Shown here in pieces: positions 26,612-41,129 of a stretch of DNA of 64,000 nucleotides. Both the position numbers and the translations under genes were made by a program. Each line of letters opens with the position of its first letter. Position 1 is the first letter of the stretch. Origin of the DNA: Octopus sinensis (Eukaryota); contig NC_042998.1 in assembly GCF_006345805.1 (NCBI RefSeq), positions 169,508,001 through 169,572,000 of the forward strand. Reading direction: 5' to 3'. The notes beneath the pieces were generated by a model that saw nothing but the letters and a program-made list of their open reading frames with translations, was not told where the DNA came from and ran no database searches.

Positions 26612-28267
26612 AGAAAGGTTGTGAACCTGTGGTTAACCCATTGCAAACTCACAACCAACATCATCACCCTCATTTAACACTCATTTTCCATGCTGGCATG
26701 GGTTGGACGGTTTAACAAGAGCTGGCAAACCAGAAGACTGCACCAAGTTCCACTGTCTTCTTTGGCATGGTTTCTACAGTTGAATGCCCTTCCTAAATGC
26801 TTATTATTTGCTAACTACAATATCAATAAAAAAAAACTACAGAAAATATAAACTCTCACTATATAAAGCTCAGCAAGTATATATTTCCTTTATTACCGAG
26901 TTGTCCGGCTCTCTTAGACTTCTGTGATTATTCTGATCAAACTTCTGTAAATCATTGTTTAACCATTTTAATTCTAAACCACAGCCGTCCATATTAAAGT
27001 GCTCATTCTTCAATTATAATCTCAATCAAAATCTTGTCACAAGATCAATTGATAATATGAGGTTTCAGTTGATCAACATTTGCGTAATATATAGAAGGAC
27101 TCCCTTTGGTCATGAATGACCATGGGATTGCACCTAGAAAGTTATCCTCTGAGGCACAAGTCTGAGCAAGGTTGTTTATGGAAGACCAAAGTCACCCATG
27201 CATACCAACCTCCCCTCTCTATGCCACCAGTGTTATTCAAGGGAAAGAAAAAGGTCAATACAGCTTGGCACCAGTGACGTTGCAACTCATTTCTACAGCT
27301 GAGTGAACTGGAGCAATGTGAAATAAAGCGTTGCTCATGAACACAACACACAGCCTGGTCCAGGAATTGAACTCACTACCTCATGATTGTGAGCCCAACA
27401 CTCTAACCACTGTTCAGCACTTAGGACTTTGAAGGGAGTATCTAGTCCTTGGGAGATGGTATTGACTATTTTACAGACATGTGATCACTCTGAAAGTTCA
27501 ATAGATATTATAAACTCAAACATTAGTAAACAGTGAAGAGATATCAGCTATTTTTTTTTTATTGAATACAGTAGTTGTAGTGTTATAGGTATGGATCTGA
27601 ATGTTGCGGTGCTGCACTAAAAACCACAAAGCTTGTATTATGTTGTTGTTTAAGTTAGTTCTTATGAAGCAAATATTAGATGAAAAGTATTCAGTTACAA
27701 CCACCTCACTGTGTTTTTGTGTTTGATTTCCCAACTCCACCCCAGGTAAAGTGTATTTAGAACTACTTTATCTATTGTTAAAAAATATATATTAGCAACA
27801 GAAGCAAAATTAATACTGAGAGGTAATATTTAAGTGGGAATAAATATTACCTCTCTGCATCAATACTGCCTCTGTCGCGAATATATATTTTGTAAGAAGC
27901 TCACTGGCTAATCGCACCACCAGCCCCTGTTCTGGCACTGTTTTTCTATATATTACTGGTGGGAAGATAAGTTGCTGCTTTCTCTAGCGGTTGTGTGTCC
28001 ATCATTGACAAGACCACGGAAGGTCAAAATCATGTGATCTGGTGGTCTCGGTGCTGGAGGTGGCAGGGATTTATTTCCCCACCAATGATATAAACGAGCA
28101 TTCTGTCCCAAAGGCCAATATGAGGTTTTCTCTCATGGCATCTATTGCAGTATAGTTTGTTCTAACAGAACATCCACGTTTATGTGAGGATAAATTTTAT
28201 CTATTGTGTCCTTCCATTTTTAAGATAATAGAATGAAATTTATAGGAAATTTAGCAATTATTTCTAA

Positions 28268-28672
28268 CAGGAGTGGCTGTGTGGTAAGTAGCTTGCTTAC
28301 CAACCACATGGTTCCGGGTTCAGTCCAACTGCATGGCACCTTGGGCAAGTGTCTTCTACTATAGCCTTGGGCTGACCAAAGCCTTGTGAGTGGATTTGGT
28401 AGATGGAAACTGAAAGAAGCCTGTCGTATATATGTATATTTATATATATATATGTGTGTGTGTGTGCATTTGTATGTCTGTGTTTGTCGCACAACATCGC
28501 TTGACAACCGATGCTGGTGTGTTTACGTCCTCGTAACTTAGCGGTTCGGCAAAATAGTCTGATAGAATAAGTACTAGGCTTACAAAGAATAAGTTCTGGG
28601 GTCAATTCGCTCGACTAAAGGCAGTGCTCCAGCATGGCCGCAGTCAAATGACTGAAACAAGTAAAAGAGTAG
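28268..28672 (+). mobile_element. SINE family A
   Basis: Full-length match. Confidence 0.85.
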
Positions 28673-29701
28673 AAGGTCAGTTAACCACATAGAAATTTCC
28701 TCACGAGTTTGCTTTGTGGTTGCTGTAGATGAGATATAGTTATTTTAGTCTAACTAGCAATTCTCATATTTCATTTAAACAGGTAACATTTCATTAAGCA
28801 TGAAATAAAAGCCAGGTGTTTCTAAAACAAAACAAGATGAAAACTAAGACAAACAATATTAGTGTAATACTTTTACACTCATGAGTTCACTCAATGTTTC
28901 TCTTAATACATTTTTGTCTTGGTTGTCACCATTTTATAAAAACAGCACCCAGCTCATCTATCTTGATGCAGGCATTGAAAGAAAATTGCTGCATCACAGA
29001 GCAATTTAAAACTTTTAGTAAATGGTACATTATATGAAAGTTTACCTGAAAGTAGTTTATTTTGTATTTTTATTGATCATTAGACTATGAAGCGGCTAGG
29101 ACTTTCAACTCGCTGATATTTGCCTTTGTTAGGTCTGTGATGTAATACAAATAGGTTGTAATCAATAGAGCATTGCAGCTATTGACTTTAGAGGAGTTAA
29201 ACCAGTATAAATCTCCTCCTCCTTGGCATTAAGATAATGTACAACAAATATTTGGTTAGTAAATAACCAAGCAAATAAAATTTTTAAGTACTAGTTTTCA
29301 AGTATATACTGTATTATTTTCTGCAATCTGCTCTTTTTAGATTATTCCAGTTTATTTTTATTCTCTATAGTTTAACTTATAGTTTATCCAGCCAAAATAA
29401 TCTACCCGTTTTATCTTCAAACTAGCTAGATCTGGCTTCTCACACTTACCCCACAATATTATTCTAAAAACAAACAATCATGTCATGGAAATCTCAAAGC
29501 TACAAGGTAATGCATGGCTGGCTAATTTTTAGCAATGTGAATAAATAGATATTACATTTGACAGAGAAATTTGAATGTTAAAACGTTACATTAATTTACT
29601 CACAGTTCATTTTTATCGTTCATCTAGTAAGTTTCTATCTCTCCATCAGCTTCTTCAATGATTAGTAAATGACTGAGTATTCCTAAGACATGTACTCTTA
29701 A

Positions 29702-29921
29702 CCTTTTAGCTTTCAAATTACTCTGTCAAATATAAAGCTTATTTATTCACATTGTTTTGAATTAATCATTCATTATCTTGCAGCCTTGAGATTTTGATAA
29801 TGTGATTGTTTATGTTTAGAATGACATTGATGGGTATGTGTGAGAGGCTTGATCTGGCTAGTTTGAACTTAAAACAGGTAGAATATTTTGGCTGGATATA
29901 GCCAGTTTGAATACAAAAGGG
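29702..29921. mobile_element. piggyBac-like MITE, family 2
   Basis: TTAA|CCTTTTAG ... AAAAGGG|TTAA. Confidence 0.7.
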
Positions 29922-32900
29922 TTAAGGTAGTTTTCATGCAGAATCAGAGTAACATAGTGTATAACAAATTTTCATCCTTGAAATTACAAGTACATTCCAC
30001 ACAGCAGGCTTCCACACAATTTCTATTTACCCATTTTCATTTACAAGGCTCAGGTTGACTCAAGGCTATGGTGATAAAAAATGCCCAATTTTCCATACAG
30101 TGAGTTTGAACTTGCAACCAATTTCATTATACACAAATGTACACACATTTCTGTTTCCATTTTGAATCCTAGTATGAACTTTTTCTCAAATTTGAATTAT
30201 ATAGTATCAAAGCAAGTATTTTCTTCCTACCATAAACAACTCGCTTGTGAAGTAGGAGTGGAACTTGTTTACTAACTAGGCAGACTACAGTGCTATCTAT
30301 GCCTTATCCAGGAGTACAATACAATTGCTCTCGCAGTAATGTTTGAACTAATTATTATATTGTAGGGATGGCTAAGTTATTTGATAAGAATAGTCACGCA
30401 TGATATTTTTTATGCTCAAGAGCTGCAACATATATTTATAAAATTATAAATATACCACTCCATAGTTTTATTCACTAAAGTAGATTATTTAATCTCTGCT
30501 TGTTGAAGGCTTTTATTGAATCTTCAGTTTTGTTATTAATACAGGTATACCTGAACTTGGGAGTTGTTTCAAGCTATGCCTTTTTTTACTTTATGTAGGG
30601 TTTTTTTTTAAAAGAAATTAATGAGGTAAAAAATAAACTTCAACCTCTATCAATTAAACAGACTTTACATTGGTTTCAGTAAACATATTTAAAAGCATAA
30701 TTTTTTTTTTTTAAATCACATAAAAGCCAATACTGAAGAGGAAGATCAAATCAAATAAATGAGAAACCATTTATTAAAACAAATATAAGCTAATTTTTAA
30801 AATGTTTTTTCATGTTATGTCGTTTTGCAAGTCAAGTCTCATAAACTTGAAATGACTTACCAATGTTAGTAGAGGTCATCATCATCAGGTAGTTGCCAGT
30901 GCCGCCTGATTGACTCCCATGCTGGTGGCATATAAAAAGCATAGGTTGTTGCCAGTACCGCCTGACTGGCTTCTGTGATGGTGGCACATAAAAAGCACCA
31001 TTCAAGCTTCGTTGTTGCTAGTGCTGCCTGACTGTAAAAAAACACCATTCAAGCATGGTTGATGCCAGTACCACTTACCATAAATCCCCAAGTATAGTCC
31101 ACCCTTGAGTATAATACACAGGGGATTTTTAGGAGGCTGCACTTCTGAAAAACCTAAACCTTGTGTATAATACGCACCCCTTCTCTAACTTGAGTCAAGG
31201 AGGTCTGTATAACGTCCTTGGTTTGTAAAAATGTATACGGTAACATCCTTTATTATTATTGTATATATAACATAATGCAAGCGTGTAGCTTTTTTGTGCA
31301 TTTTGTTTGCAGAAAATAAAGAAATAACAGTAATAACGTTTAATAAATGTTGCTTACTGCAAGTTATGGATGATTCTTTTATGACTTCATTGCTTTCAGG
31401 CTTAGCTTAAGGTATTTTCGCGCCCGACATCACAAAATGCGTCTGAATAAACATTGCCGGACACACAAACACAGATATACACGCTTGTACACACATACCC
31501 ACCCATACACACATGGACACACGTGCACACATACACATGCTCATACTCACACACAGATAAATATCAATTTATTCAATATTTATCAAACAAAGAAGATGAT
31601 TTAACTGTCTTTGAGAGAAATGTTGTATGGATCGACATGTATGTTTGCGAAGAAAACTAAGAGAAAATCAAAACTGCTATCTTATGTATATGAAAAATAA
31701 CATAAGTCAGTATTTAAAAAACATACACACATATGGATGCACACACTTACATATAAACACACACACATACAGATATACACACACTCACTCATCTTGGACG
31801 CCCAAATGGTGCTTTTTATGTGCCACCTGCACAGGAGTCATATATATATACGAGGTGGTATCAAAAAGTTCCTGGACTAGTTCTGTAGTGCACCAACAGA
31901 TGGCAGCATATGGTTGTGAGTGCAGTGAGAGCTAGTAGTCTTCTAGATCACACATTGTCTTCCAGGGATGTTCAATTTCTGAAGTGCCTATGTCACTTGA
32001 AACATTGCATACAACCCATTGCCTCATCACTATAAGCTTACCGAAGCATTCTTAATATCTTTGCAGCAGACTTACCAAGTTTAACACAAAATGTCACATT
32101 GGTTCTTTGTTCCTGTCTATGATGAAATCAGACTACAGCATACACATGATCACATAAATACAAATTTCACAACTTGCAAAGTCAATACAACAATGTCACT
32201 CAGCACACTGCCTCACAAAGGTCACTACTAGCTCTCACAACTGTGTGCTGCCATCTGTTGGTGCACTACAGAACTAGTCCAGGAACTTTTTGATACCACC
32301 TCATATATATAAATATATATATATATATATATGGCTCCTGTGCAAGTGGCACATAAAAAGCACCATTTGAGCGTAGCCATTGCCAGTACCGCCTGACTGG
32401 CCCTCGTGCACCCACTACACTCTTGGAGTGGTTGGCTTTAGGAAGGGCATCCAGCTGTAGAAACTCTGCTAGATCAGATTGGAGTCTGGTTCAGCCATCT
32501 GGTTTGCCAGCCCTCAGTCAAAATCGTCCAACCCATGCTAGCATGGAAAGCAGATGTTAAACGATGATGATGATGATATATACACACACACCTCAAATCA
32601 ATTAAAAAAGCAGATTTGAATATGTGATATCTAAACCAGTTAGATTACCAACACTATTCCTTCATCTAAGATACTTAGCTAAACCTCTCCATGCATTTAA
32701 ATATTTGAATAAATTATAGCGGTCTATTTAAATATGAGAAAGATAAAAAGAAATTAACAAAACTGATATCAGTATTAATTGTTAGATAACTCTGTCATTT
32801 TTCAGTTCGCCAATCCTTCAATCTACTTCTCTATTCAGCATTTTGTAAATATTTTTTCTTTAATATAACTATAGATTAATGATATGTAAATGCTGAGACA

Positions 32901-33703
32901 TGAAAGAGTCATTATGTATGTGCACCATTCAGGCAACTTGATATCAAGGTTACAATTATTTTTTATTTAAACAGGAAGTGTGCTTATTATAAAACTTAAG
33001 CTGTATTTCACAATGTATACATATAATTGTGTGTGTATGTATGTTATGCCAGGTCACACTTAGTGCTACAGGTAACATGTAACCCAGTACACACCTGTCA
33101 TGTGGGTTGGGCTGTCAGCAAGTAAACCCAGCAATTCTATCAAGTTTTCTTGGTAAGGTAGGTGGATTTTGTGGCAGGACAAAAAACAAAACGTCAGAGG
33201 ACAGGTAAACTCAGTAGAGTCAACGGCCGTCCAATGGCTGGAAGAGAGAAATCCCTGATCTTTTCTTAGACATCTCTCTAGAAGGAAAACATTAATGTAA
33301 AACCTGGCATCATTTGCATCCAATGATGTAGATTAGTTCTTTTTGGGCAAATACATACGTTGTTTAGAGAATGAGATTGATCCTGTGCAAGACTTTTCTC
33401 GCTTCACACTTCAAAAAGCTTCATGTCAGACATTGCTTGATTTTTAGCATTTCTATTAATATCTGTATTATGTGTTGCATACTATGGTTGGCTGCAACAA
33501 AAAAAAAAAAAAAAGGAAAAACATTCAATGGAAAATATCATGATAGAATGAAGCATGTGTCAGCATATGTGGTGCACATTCTGAACACCTCTGTGCAAAA
33601 GAGTGTAGGTCTCTAGCAGGACTCAAAGGCCACATCTGTGCTGCTTTAAGAGAACAATCAAGTGATAGCATAGCTTGAAAATGAATAGCAGCCATCATGT
33701 ATA

Positions 33704-33736
<33 letters not shown>

Positions 33737-33743
<7 letters not shown>

Positions 33744-33980
33744 TAGAAAAAAACCACCTTTTATCAATTCAAAATGAATAATTAAATTATACCATCTAGA
33801 AAATTACATATAATAGAAAAGTTAAAATTAAAATAACAATTAAAAAGTAAAGATTAAGTAAATTACAAGAATAATATAATGTATATAATAAGTAGAAAAA
33901 TGACATGTGTTTCGCTGCTATATTTAAATGATTATAGTAGTAGAGAAATCACTTGCATATAAATATAGTCACTCATCAGG
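33737..33980 (-). mobile_element. 5'-truncated hammerhead-bearing pLTR-like remnant ending at (TA)n
   Basis: Minus strand reads CTGATGA-G...CTATATTTA...TAAATATAG...C-GAAA-CACATG-TC (33902-33979). The 5' strand of helix I is absent. Confidence 0.5.
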
Positions 33981-34444
33981 TGAGTGTGTGTGCAGGCACA
34001 TGGCTTAGTAGTGAGGGTGTCAGCATCATGATCGTAAGATTGTGGTTTCAATTCCTGGACCGGGCGACACGTATTCTTGAGCAAAGCACTTCATTTCACT
34101 TTGCTCCAGTCCACTCAGCTGGCAAAAATGAGTAACGCTGCGATGGACTGGCGTCCCGTCCAGCTGGGGAACACCTACGCAATTGAAACTGGGAAACTTG
34201 GCCCATGAGCCTGGCTAGGCTTTAAAAGAGTGCATTTATTATTATTATATATATATACAACAAATAATATTTGTCTCTTTTTATGAAAACAAATGGGTTT
34301 ATAGGACTGCAAAACAAAAGTGCTCAAATGTAAATGAGACAAAGATAAAGAAACATTGATCATAGAACAAACATTAAATTTGAGTCAACGTCTTTATTTA
34401 TAACACTATACCTCAAACATTTAATCATATATAAATATCACCAT

Positions 34445-34840
34445 GGTTCTTAAACATATAAAAAAAAATATACATATACATAAAAACACAGAAGATAAAA
34501 ATATATGCGAATAAAATACAAATATATAGAACGGCCTATCAAAAGATAAATATAAACCACTAAAAATTCATAAAAATTCTAAGGTGTGCCATACTACCAA
34601 AAAACTAATAAACTAAGAGAAAATAAAATATCAAATGACTAAAAATGTTTTATCAGACAAAAGTATTTAAAACTTTTTTTTACTCCCCTCACACAAAGTA
34701 CGACCAAAGTTCAATCTTTAAAAACCATGGTAGGTTAAAGTTCGATTTGTATTTTATACGCATATATGTTTTTACCTTCTGTGTTTTTATGTATATGTAT
34801 ATTCTTTTTTTTAATATATATATATATGTTTAAGAACCAC
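34445..34840. mobile_element. AT-rich MITE-like element with ~80 bp inverted ends
   Basis: GGTTCTTAAACATAT...AAAATACAAAT pairs with ATTTGTATTTT...ATATGTTTAAGAACC. Confidence 0.5.
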
Positions 34841-34849
34841 AGTATGGTG

Positions 34850-35150
34850 TAGTGGTGTGTGGTGTGGTGTGATGGTGTTGGGAGGTGAGGGAGGCGAGAG
34901 TGGGGATAGAGGTGGAGTATGTGGGAGTGTGTGTAAGGGATGGGGGGATGGGATGGGATGGATAGTGAAGGTGGAGTTGGATTGTGTAGGGAGGGGTGAC
35001 GATGAAGGGGGAAGGGAGAAGGTGGGTAGGAGTGAAGAGAATAGGGAAGGAGAGTAGGAGTGAGGAGAAGTAAGAATCGGAGCAAGAGAGAAGAGGTGGA
35101 TGGGAGGAAGTAGGTGTAAGGGGGAGAGAGGAGAGGGGAGGAGAGTTGAG
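34850..35150 (+). repeat. G/A-rich low-complexity tract
   Basis: Runs of GGT, GGA and GGGAT. Confidence 0.85.
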
Positions 35151-35219
35151 CCCATGTGGTGCAAAGGAGCAAAGATAGAAGATTAATCCCTGTTCACGGC
35201 GCAAACAGGAGTTCGGATG

Positions 35220-35540
35220 GCTCCTGTGCAGCATGGCTCATTGGTTAGAGCATCAGGCTCACAATCATGAAGTAGTGAGTTTGATTCCTGGACAGGGCTG
35301 TGTGTTGAGCAAGACACTTTATTTCACGTTGCTTCAGTTCACTCAACTATTGAAATGAGTTGCAATGTCACTGGTGCCAAGCTGTATTGCCTTTACCTTT
35401 TCCTTGGATAACATCGGTGGTGTGGAAAGGGGAGGGTGGTATACATGGGTGACTACTGGTCTTCCATAAACAAACTTGCCTGGACTTGTGCCTCAGAGGG
35501 GAATTTTCTAAGTGCAATCCTATGGTTATTTGTGACCCCT
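35220..35540 (+). mobile_element. tRNA-derived SINE family C
   Basis: TGGCTCATTGGTTAGAGC...GAGTTTGATTCC head. Related heads at ~22900(+), 33990(+), 38700(+) and 27110-27410(-). Confidence 0.7.
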
Positions 35541-35646
35541 ATACATAATCCAAAATGGAGATGACTACCAATTTCTCTATGTGATTAGCTTGAAAAATTG
35601 TTAAGATATTTTCTTAACATGAAACCAATGGTAGCCTTAATATACA

Positions 35647-35697
<51 letters not shown>

Positions 35698-36239
35698 ATG
35701 TGTGTGTGTGTGGCCTTTGCCTGTTTTTGTCTGTTGTCAGTCTAACAGCTCAAACATTTAATGAGTGGCACTTGTGTGAACAGGCATTACCTGGTATAAA
35801 ATTCATTCATTCTTCTCACTACCAGTGCAAGTGAAATCTTAGGTTTCTTGGAACCATAAACAGATGTTGAACCTTTAATTGCAATCAGGCTAGCATGTGC
35901 ACCTGCAGCAATGAAAACACTGTCAATTTTGTAGCTTCCCTGTTTATGAGGGTGCAGAAAGTATAGTATAAATGGGTGCAGTTATGATTCTTCAGTCACC
36001 CATGAGGCTGAGTTCTTCATTGATGAGTTGTCAATATTTAGGAGGTGGAATCTTGGTCTTGCCATAAAGTTGTATGATTTTATCGTTACAGAAGGTGCTA
36101 CTATATCTGTTGTTTTAGTGTATATGGTAGTCATACACAATAATGAACCAACAGCTATTAAATACACATTTGCATACACACTTATGTGGACCTTATATAT
36201 ATGTGTGTGTGTCTGTGTATGTATGTATGTATGTATTGT

Positions 36240-37790
36240 CATCATCATCATCATCATCCTCATTTAACGTCCATTTTCCATGCTGGCATGGGTTGGATGG
36301 TTTGACATGGAACTGGCCAGCTGGGAGCTGTGCAGATTCCAAATGTCTGTTGTTGCATGGTTTCTATGATTGGATGTCCTTCCAATGCCAACCGCTTAAC
36401 AGAGTGTGCTGGGTGCATTTTATGTGCCACTAGCATGGGTGTGTTTACACAGCTCTGGCACAGGTACGTCTGTGCAACACCAGCATAGGTATGTTTATGC
36501 AGCACCTGCACAAGTGTTTTTCACGTGGCACCAGCACCTGAAAGAACAAGCCTGTATGTGTGGAAGACAGTGTTTTTTCTTAGATTGACGTGTCTTGTCA
36601 AGTACAGTAAATCACATCTCCCAGTCCCTTGTCATTTCCTCAGTGAGGCCCAGCATCTGAAGATCCTTTCTCACTTCGTCCTATGTCTTCTTGGGTCTAC
36701 CCCATCCACAGGTATACTCTACAAACAATAAGAGCTTGGCACTTCTTTACACATTTGTTCTCATCTATGTGCATCACATGACCAAACCAGCACAGTCTTC
36801 TCTCTTGCACACAACATAAGATGCCTCTTATACCCAGTTTTCCTCTTAAATCATTTATATTCTGTTGTGTGTGCACACTGGCATTACCCATCCAGCAGAG
36901 CATGCTAGCTTCATTTCTTTCAAGCTTTTGCAATCTCTCTGTAGTCAAAGCCCATGTAACATGGCTGTATGTACACAAGCATCATACAATCTGCCTTTCA
37001 CTGAGGGAGAAGCTGTTAGTTACCAACAAAGGCGAAGCTCTCTGAACATTTTTATTCTAGCAACTACACTTTCAGGACTTCTCCCACAACTGCTAACTTG
37101 ATCTCCTGGGTAACAGAAGTTATCTACTTCTTCTAATGATCCCCGAGCATTTGCATATTTTTAGTATTTATTGTATCTGTGCATTTACCACATACAAAGA
37201 CTATATTCTCTGTTAACTTTCCTGTGCACTGGGTACAACATATGAAGTTTCTACAAACACCTTTCTTACATACAGAGCTGGGCCATCTCCCAGAAGGGAC
37301 TTGTAATTTGTCTGTTTTCCTGCTTACTTTGGTTTTTACTAAATCAACTCTAAGGCCCTTAGATTCTAAGCCATGCTTCCATACCAGAATTTTTTTTCTC
37401 TAGGTCAGGTAGTGATTCAGCTATAAGAACAAGGTCATCAGTGTAGAGGAGCTCCCAGGAACAGCTGGTCTTGAATTCATCTGTTGAGGCTTGGAAGACT
37501 AAGATAAACAAGAGGGGGCTGGGAACTGAATTTTGGTGAAATACCTGTACACTGAATTCATTTCTATACTCATTACCAACATTCACCTTACAGGCAGCAT
37601 CCCTGTGCATGGTTTGTACAGCTCTCATTAATCACTCATCTATCCCTAGCTTCAGCATTGACCACCAGATACAGGAGCGGGTAACCCTGTCCAAGACTTT
37701 CTCCATGTCAACAAAAGCCAAGACAGGAGGTTTATTTTTGACTAAATACTTCTCCTGAAGTTGCTGTATATTACATACATTAAGTAGAGC
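36240..37790 (-). mobile_element. 5'-truncated, degenerate RTE-clade LINE (RT C-terminal half and 3' tail)
   Basis: Minus-strand peptides SPLLFILV...ELLYTDDLVLIAES, GRLYDACV and RRLCWFGHVM; ends in a (GAT)n tail. Confidence 0.85.
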
Positions 37791-39334
37791 ATATTTATGT
37801 ATATCCTGGTTTCACTCTTTGTTACATAACCAACTCTCTGCAGAGGAAGCAATGTAGCAGGTCTCTGCCTAAAGGTTTTTAAATTGTTCATCAAATTGAC
37901 TGATAATGTCAAACATAAAGCTGACCATTAAAGGTTTTCAAATCCCAGAAGACATCATTAAGCTGACCAATCAAGGTTGTTGTTTGTGTGTCAGTGAAAT
38001 TTAGTATAAGGTTTTTCATCAAAATTACAAGAGGGAAAGGAAAACAGAAAAACGAATGCAGCAAAGATTTCACATGAGTTACTGTTCAGTTATCAGCCAT
38101 TTGTTTTCACAACTACACTTGTCAGTAATGACATTCTTGTGATACCAACTATCTGAATTTCTACCAATTTTATCTAAAAATTTAGTAGATGACATTTAGA
38201 TACTTGCATTTCACTCACTTAATCTCTCTCTCTTGTTCACTCTCTCTCATGGTCATTATTCTCACAGCTTAACTGGTCAGATGAAAAAGATTGCAAAAAA
38301 AACCCCTGAAACAAATGACTTCCAATCGCTACAAAAACAACTACATCACTTTCTGAAAAGAACTTTCTTTCCTTTTCCTTTGGTTCTCAAAGATGTAATC
38401 TTTTTAACCTGTGCTGGTGGCATGTGTAAAAAGATTCAAGCAAGGTCATTGCCAGTACCGCCTGACTGGCCCCCATGCTGGTGGCATGTAAAAAGCACCC
38501 ACTACACTCTCGGAGTGGTTGGCGTTAGGAAGGGCATCCAGCTGTAGAAACTCTGCCAGATCAAGATTGGAGCCTGGTGCAGCCATCTGGTTCACCAGTC
38601 CTCAGTCAAATCGTCCAACCCATGCTAGCATGGAAAGCGGACATTAAACAATGATGATGATGATGAATACCCAACTTCTTATTCGTCTGCTTGTGAAGGT
38701 GCATGTCTTGGCTTATGATCAGCTTATGATTGTGAGTTCGATTCCTAGAGATACATTGCATCCTTAAGCAAGACATTTTATTTCTCATTATTCCACTCCA
38801 CTTAGCTGGCAAAAAATGAGTTGTACTTGTAATTCAAAGGGCCAGCCTTGTTACATTCTGTGTCATGCTGAATCTCCCTGAGTACTACATTAAGGGTACA
38901 CATTTCTGTGGAGTACTCAGCCACTTGCATGTTAATTTCACAAGCAGGCTGTTCTGCTGAATAAATCAACTGGAACACGTCATTGTAACTGATGGGGTGC
39001 CAGGTCATTTGTCTACTTCCTATTCATTTTTATTGTGAAACACACACACACGCTTATGGCCATGTCATATTAAACAACATCGAGCTTAGTACTTAGAAGC
39101 AGGTAATAACTTCAGAAACCTAGATGCTGTAAGCTTTACTTTCTCTATAGGCAGAGAAATAGCTATGTGCTTAAGAAGTTGGAGTGGCTGTGTGGTGAGT
39201 AGCTTGCTTACCAACCACATAGTTCCAGGTTCAGTTCCACTGTATGGCACCTTGGGCAAGTGTCTTCGACTATAGCCTCGGGCTGACCACCTTGTGAGTG
39301 GATTTGGTTGATGGAAACTGAAAGAAGCCCGTCG

Positions 39335-39402
<68 letters not shown>

Positions 39403-41129
39403 TGTGTCTGTGTTTGTCCCCCCAACATCGTTAGACAACCAATACTGGTGTGTTAACGTCCCTGTAACTTAGCAGTTCGGCAAAAGAGACTGATAGAATA
39501 ACTACTAGGCTTACAAAGAATAAGTCCTGGGGTCGATTAGCTCGACTAAAGGTGGTGTTCCAGCATGGCCCCAGTCAAATGACTGAAACAAGTAAAAGAG
39601 TAAAGCATAAAGAGTATCCTAAACATGAGGTTTTGGGTTCACTCCCACTGCATGACTCCCTGTGGCCATGCTGGGGCACTAATTTGAAAGGTTTTGGTTA
39701 AACAAATCCAGTAAATTAGATCATTTTCATTCATTTTTTATGAGTGATAGTTTTCTAGTAGGGTTTTAGGGAACAAAAACAGTATTTATGAAATATATGA
39801 GTAGATGGGTGTGTGAGTGCTTGAATTTTTCTTTGTGCTTCAGTGTGAGCAAGCAATTAGGTGAAGAAGAAGCCTAGGAAGGACACAGCTTGCTTGATAT
39901 TTTCATACTTGTGGATAAGTTTCATGCTTGAAGAATTTGATCTGTAAATATTTTAAGGATGGTTGAAAGGGTTTGTGGTAGATGTGAGTTTAGAATAATA
40001 AATATGCACGGGATTGGTTTCAGAAAAGAAAAAGAAAATTTATAGAAGAAAGCTGCTTTTGTTTAACAGCCAGAAAATTGACCACACAACCTGTCAACAC
40101 TAGGGAATTAATAGACTTTCATTTCATTTTTATATTCATAGGTGTTGTGTTATGAAACTGTCATTTATGGTATAAATTACCTACTAAATCTTTTGTAATG
40201 AGTTCCCTATCAGATAATGCTTACTCACTGTATAAGCATAAACCTAGATATATTAAGCATCCATAACATTATGATGTAAATGGGTCAAGTAATCCTTGGG
40301 GTGCTGCTCCAGACATACTGGCAGTGAACAACTCTGTGAAAATATCTTGTTTTTGAAGGAGTTATGAATAAGCAATAGCTAAATTTCTTTGGTCAAAATA
40401 TTAAATCTGTGAAATAAAACTAATTTTATAGAGTTCACTATTGATCTCCTTGATCTTTGATTGAAGAATTTACAGTGTGTGTGTGTGTGTACATCTATAT
40501 GTGTCTGTGTTTGTGTCCCCACCTCCATTTGACAAACCAACTTGAGTTGGTTTGTTTATGTTCAGCAAAAGAGACTGATAGAATAAGTACCAGGCTTTGA
40601 AAAATCAGTCCAGGGGTTGATTCATTTATTTAAAAAAATTTTTATGGTGGTGCTCCAGCATGGCCACAGTCTAATGACTGAAACAAATAAAAGACAAAAG
40701 ATATATAATGATTTTATTTAGGAGTTGTAATACTAATAACCTGTTGTTACAACTCTGTATTTTTATGATTTAGAGTGAAGCATCTGGTGAGAACAGAGCA
40801 TATCAATTAATGAAGCACAAAAAAGCAGGAGTTATGTGATCACTTTCATTGGCTTATGGTCGTTTCTGTTACAAGAAGCATTGCCCATAGATCTGAGTGC
40901 TTGTTCAACATCTTATAGTCTCCTCAAAGCCATTTACATGAAATGTGTGTTTATTTTAGAATGCATTCGAATATATAGAGTTGGTTACATTTAGAACCTT
41001 ATGCTGAAGAGCATTTTTGCTATTGTTTAATAGTCTTGCAGCAGCAACAGTCCCGCAACATCATCATGTCATAAGCATTGATTACAATTACATTTCAAAT
41101 TATTACAATCTAAACAAACTCATATTATA

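Noticed and set aside
33357-33492. Minus-strand exon with strong acceptor and GTATGT donor
   Set aside because: Stops in all three frames and no supporting neighbours; cannot be distinguished from chance.
34735-35234. Pro/His/Ser-rich ORFs
   Set aside because: They are translations of a G/A low-complexity tract.
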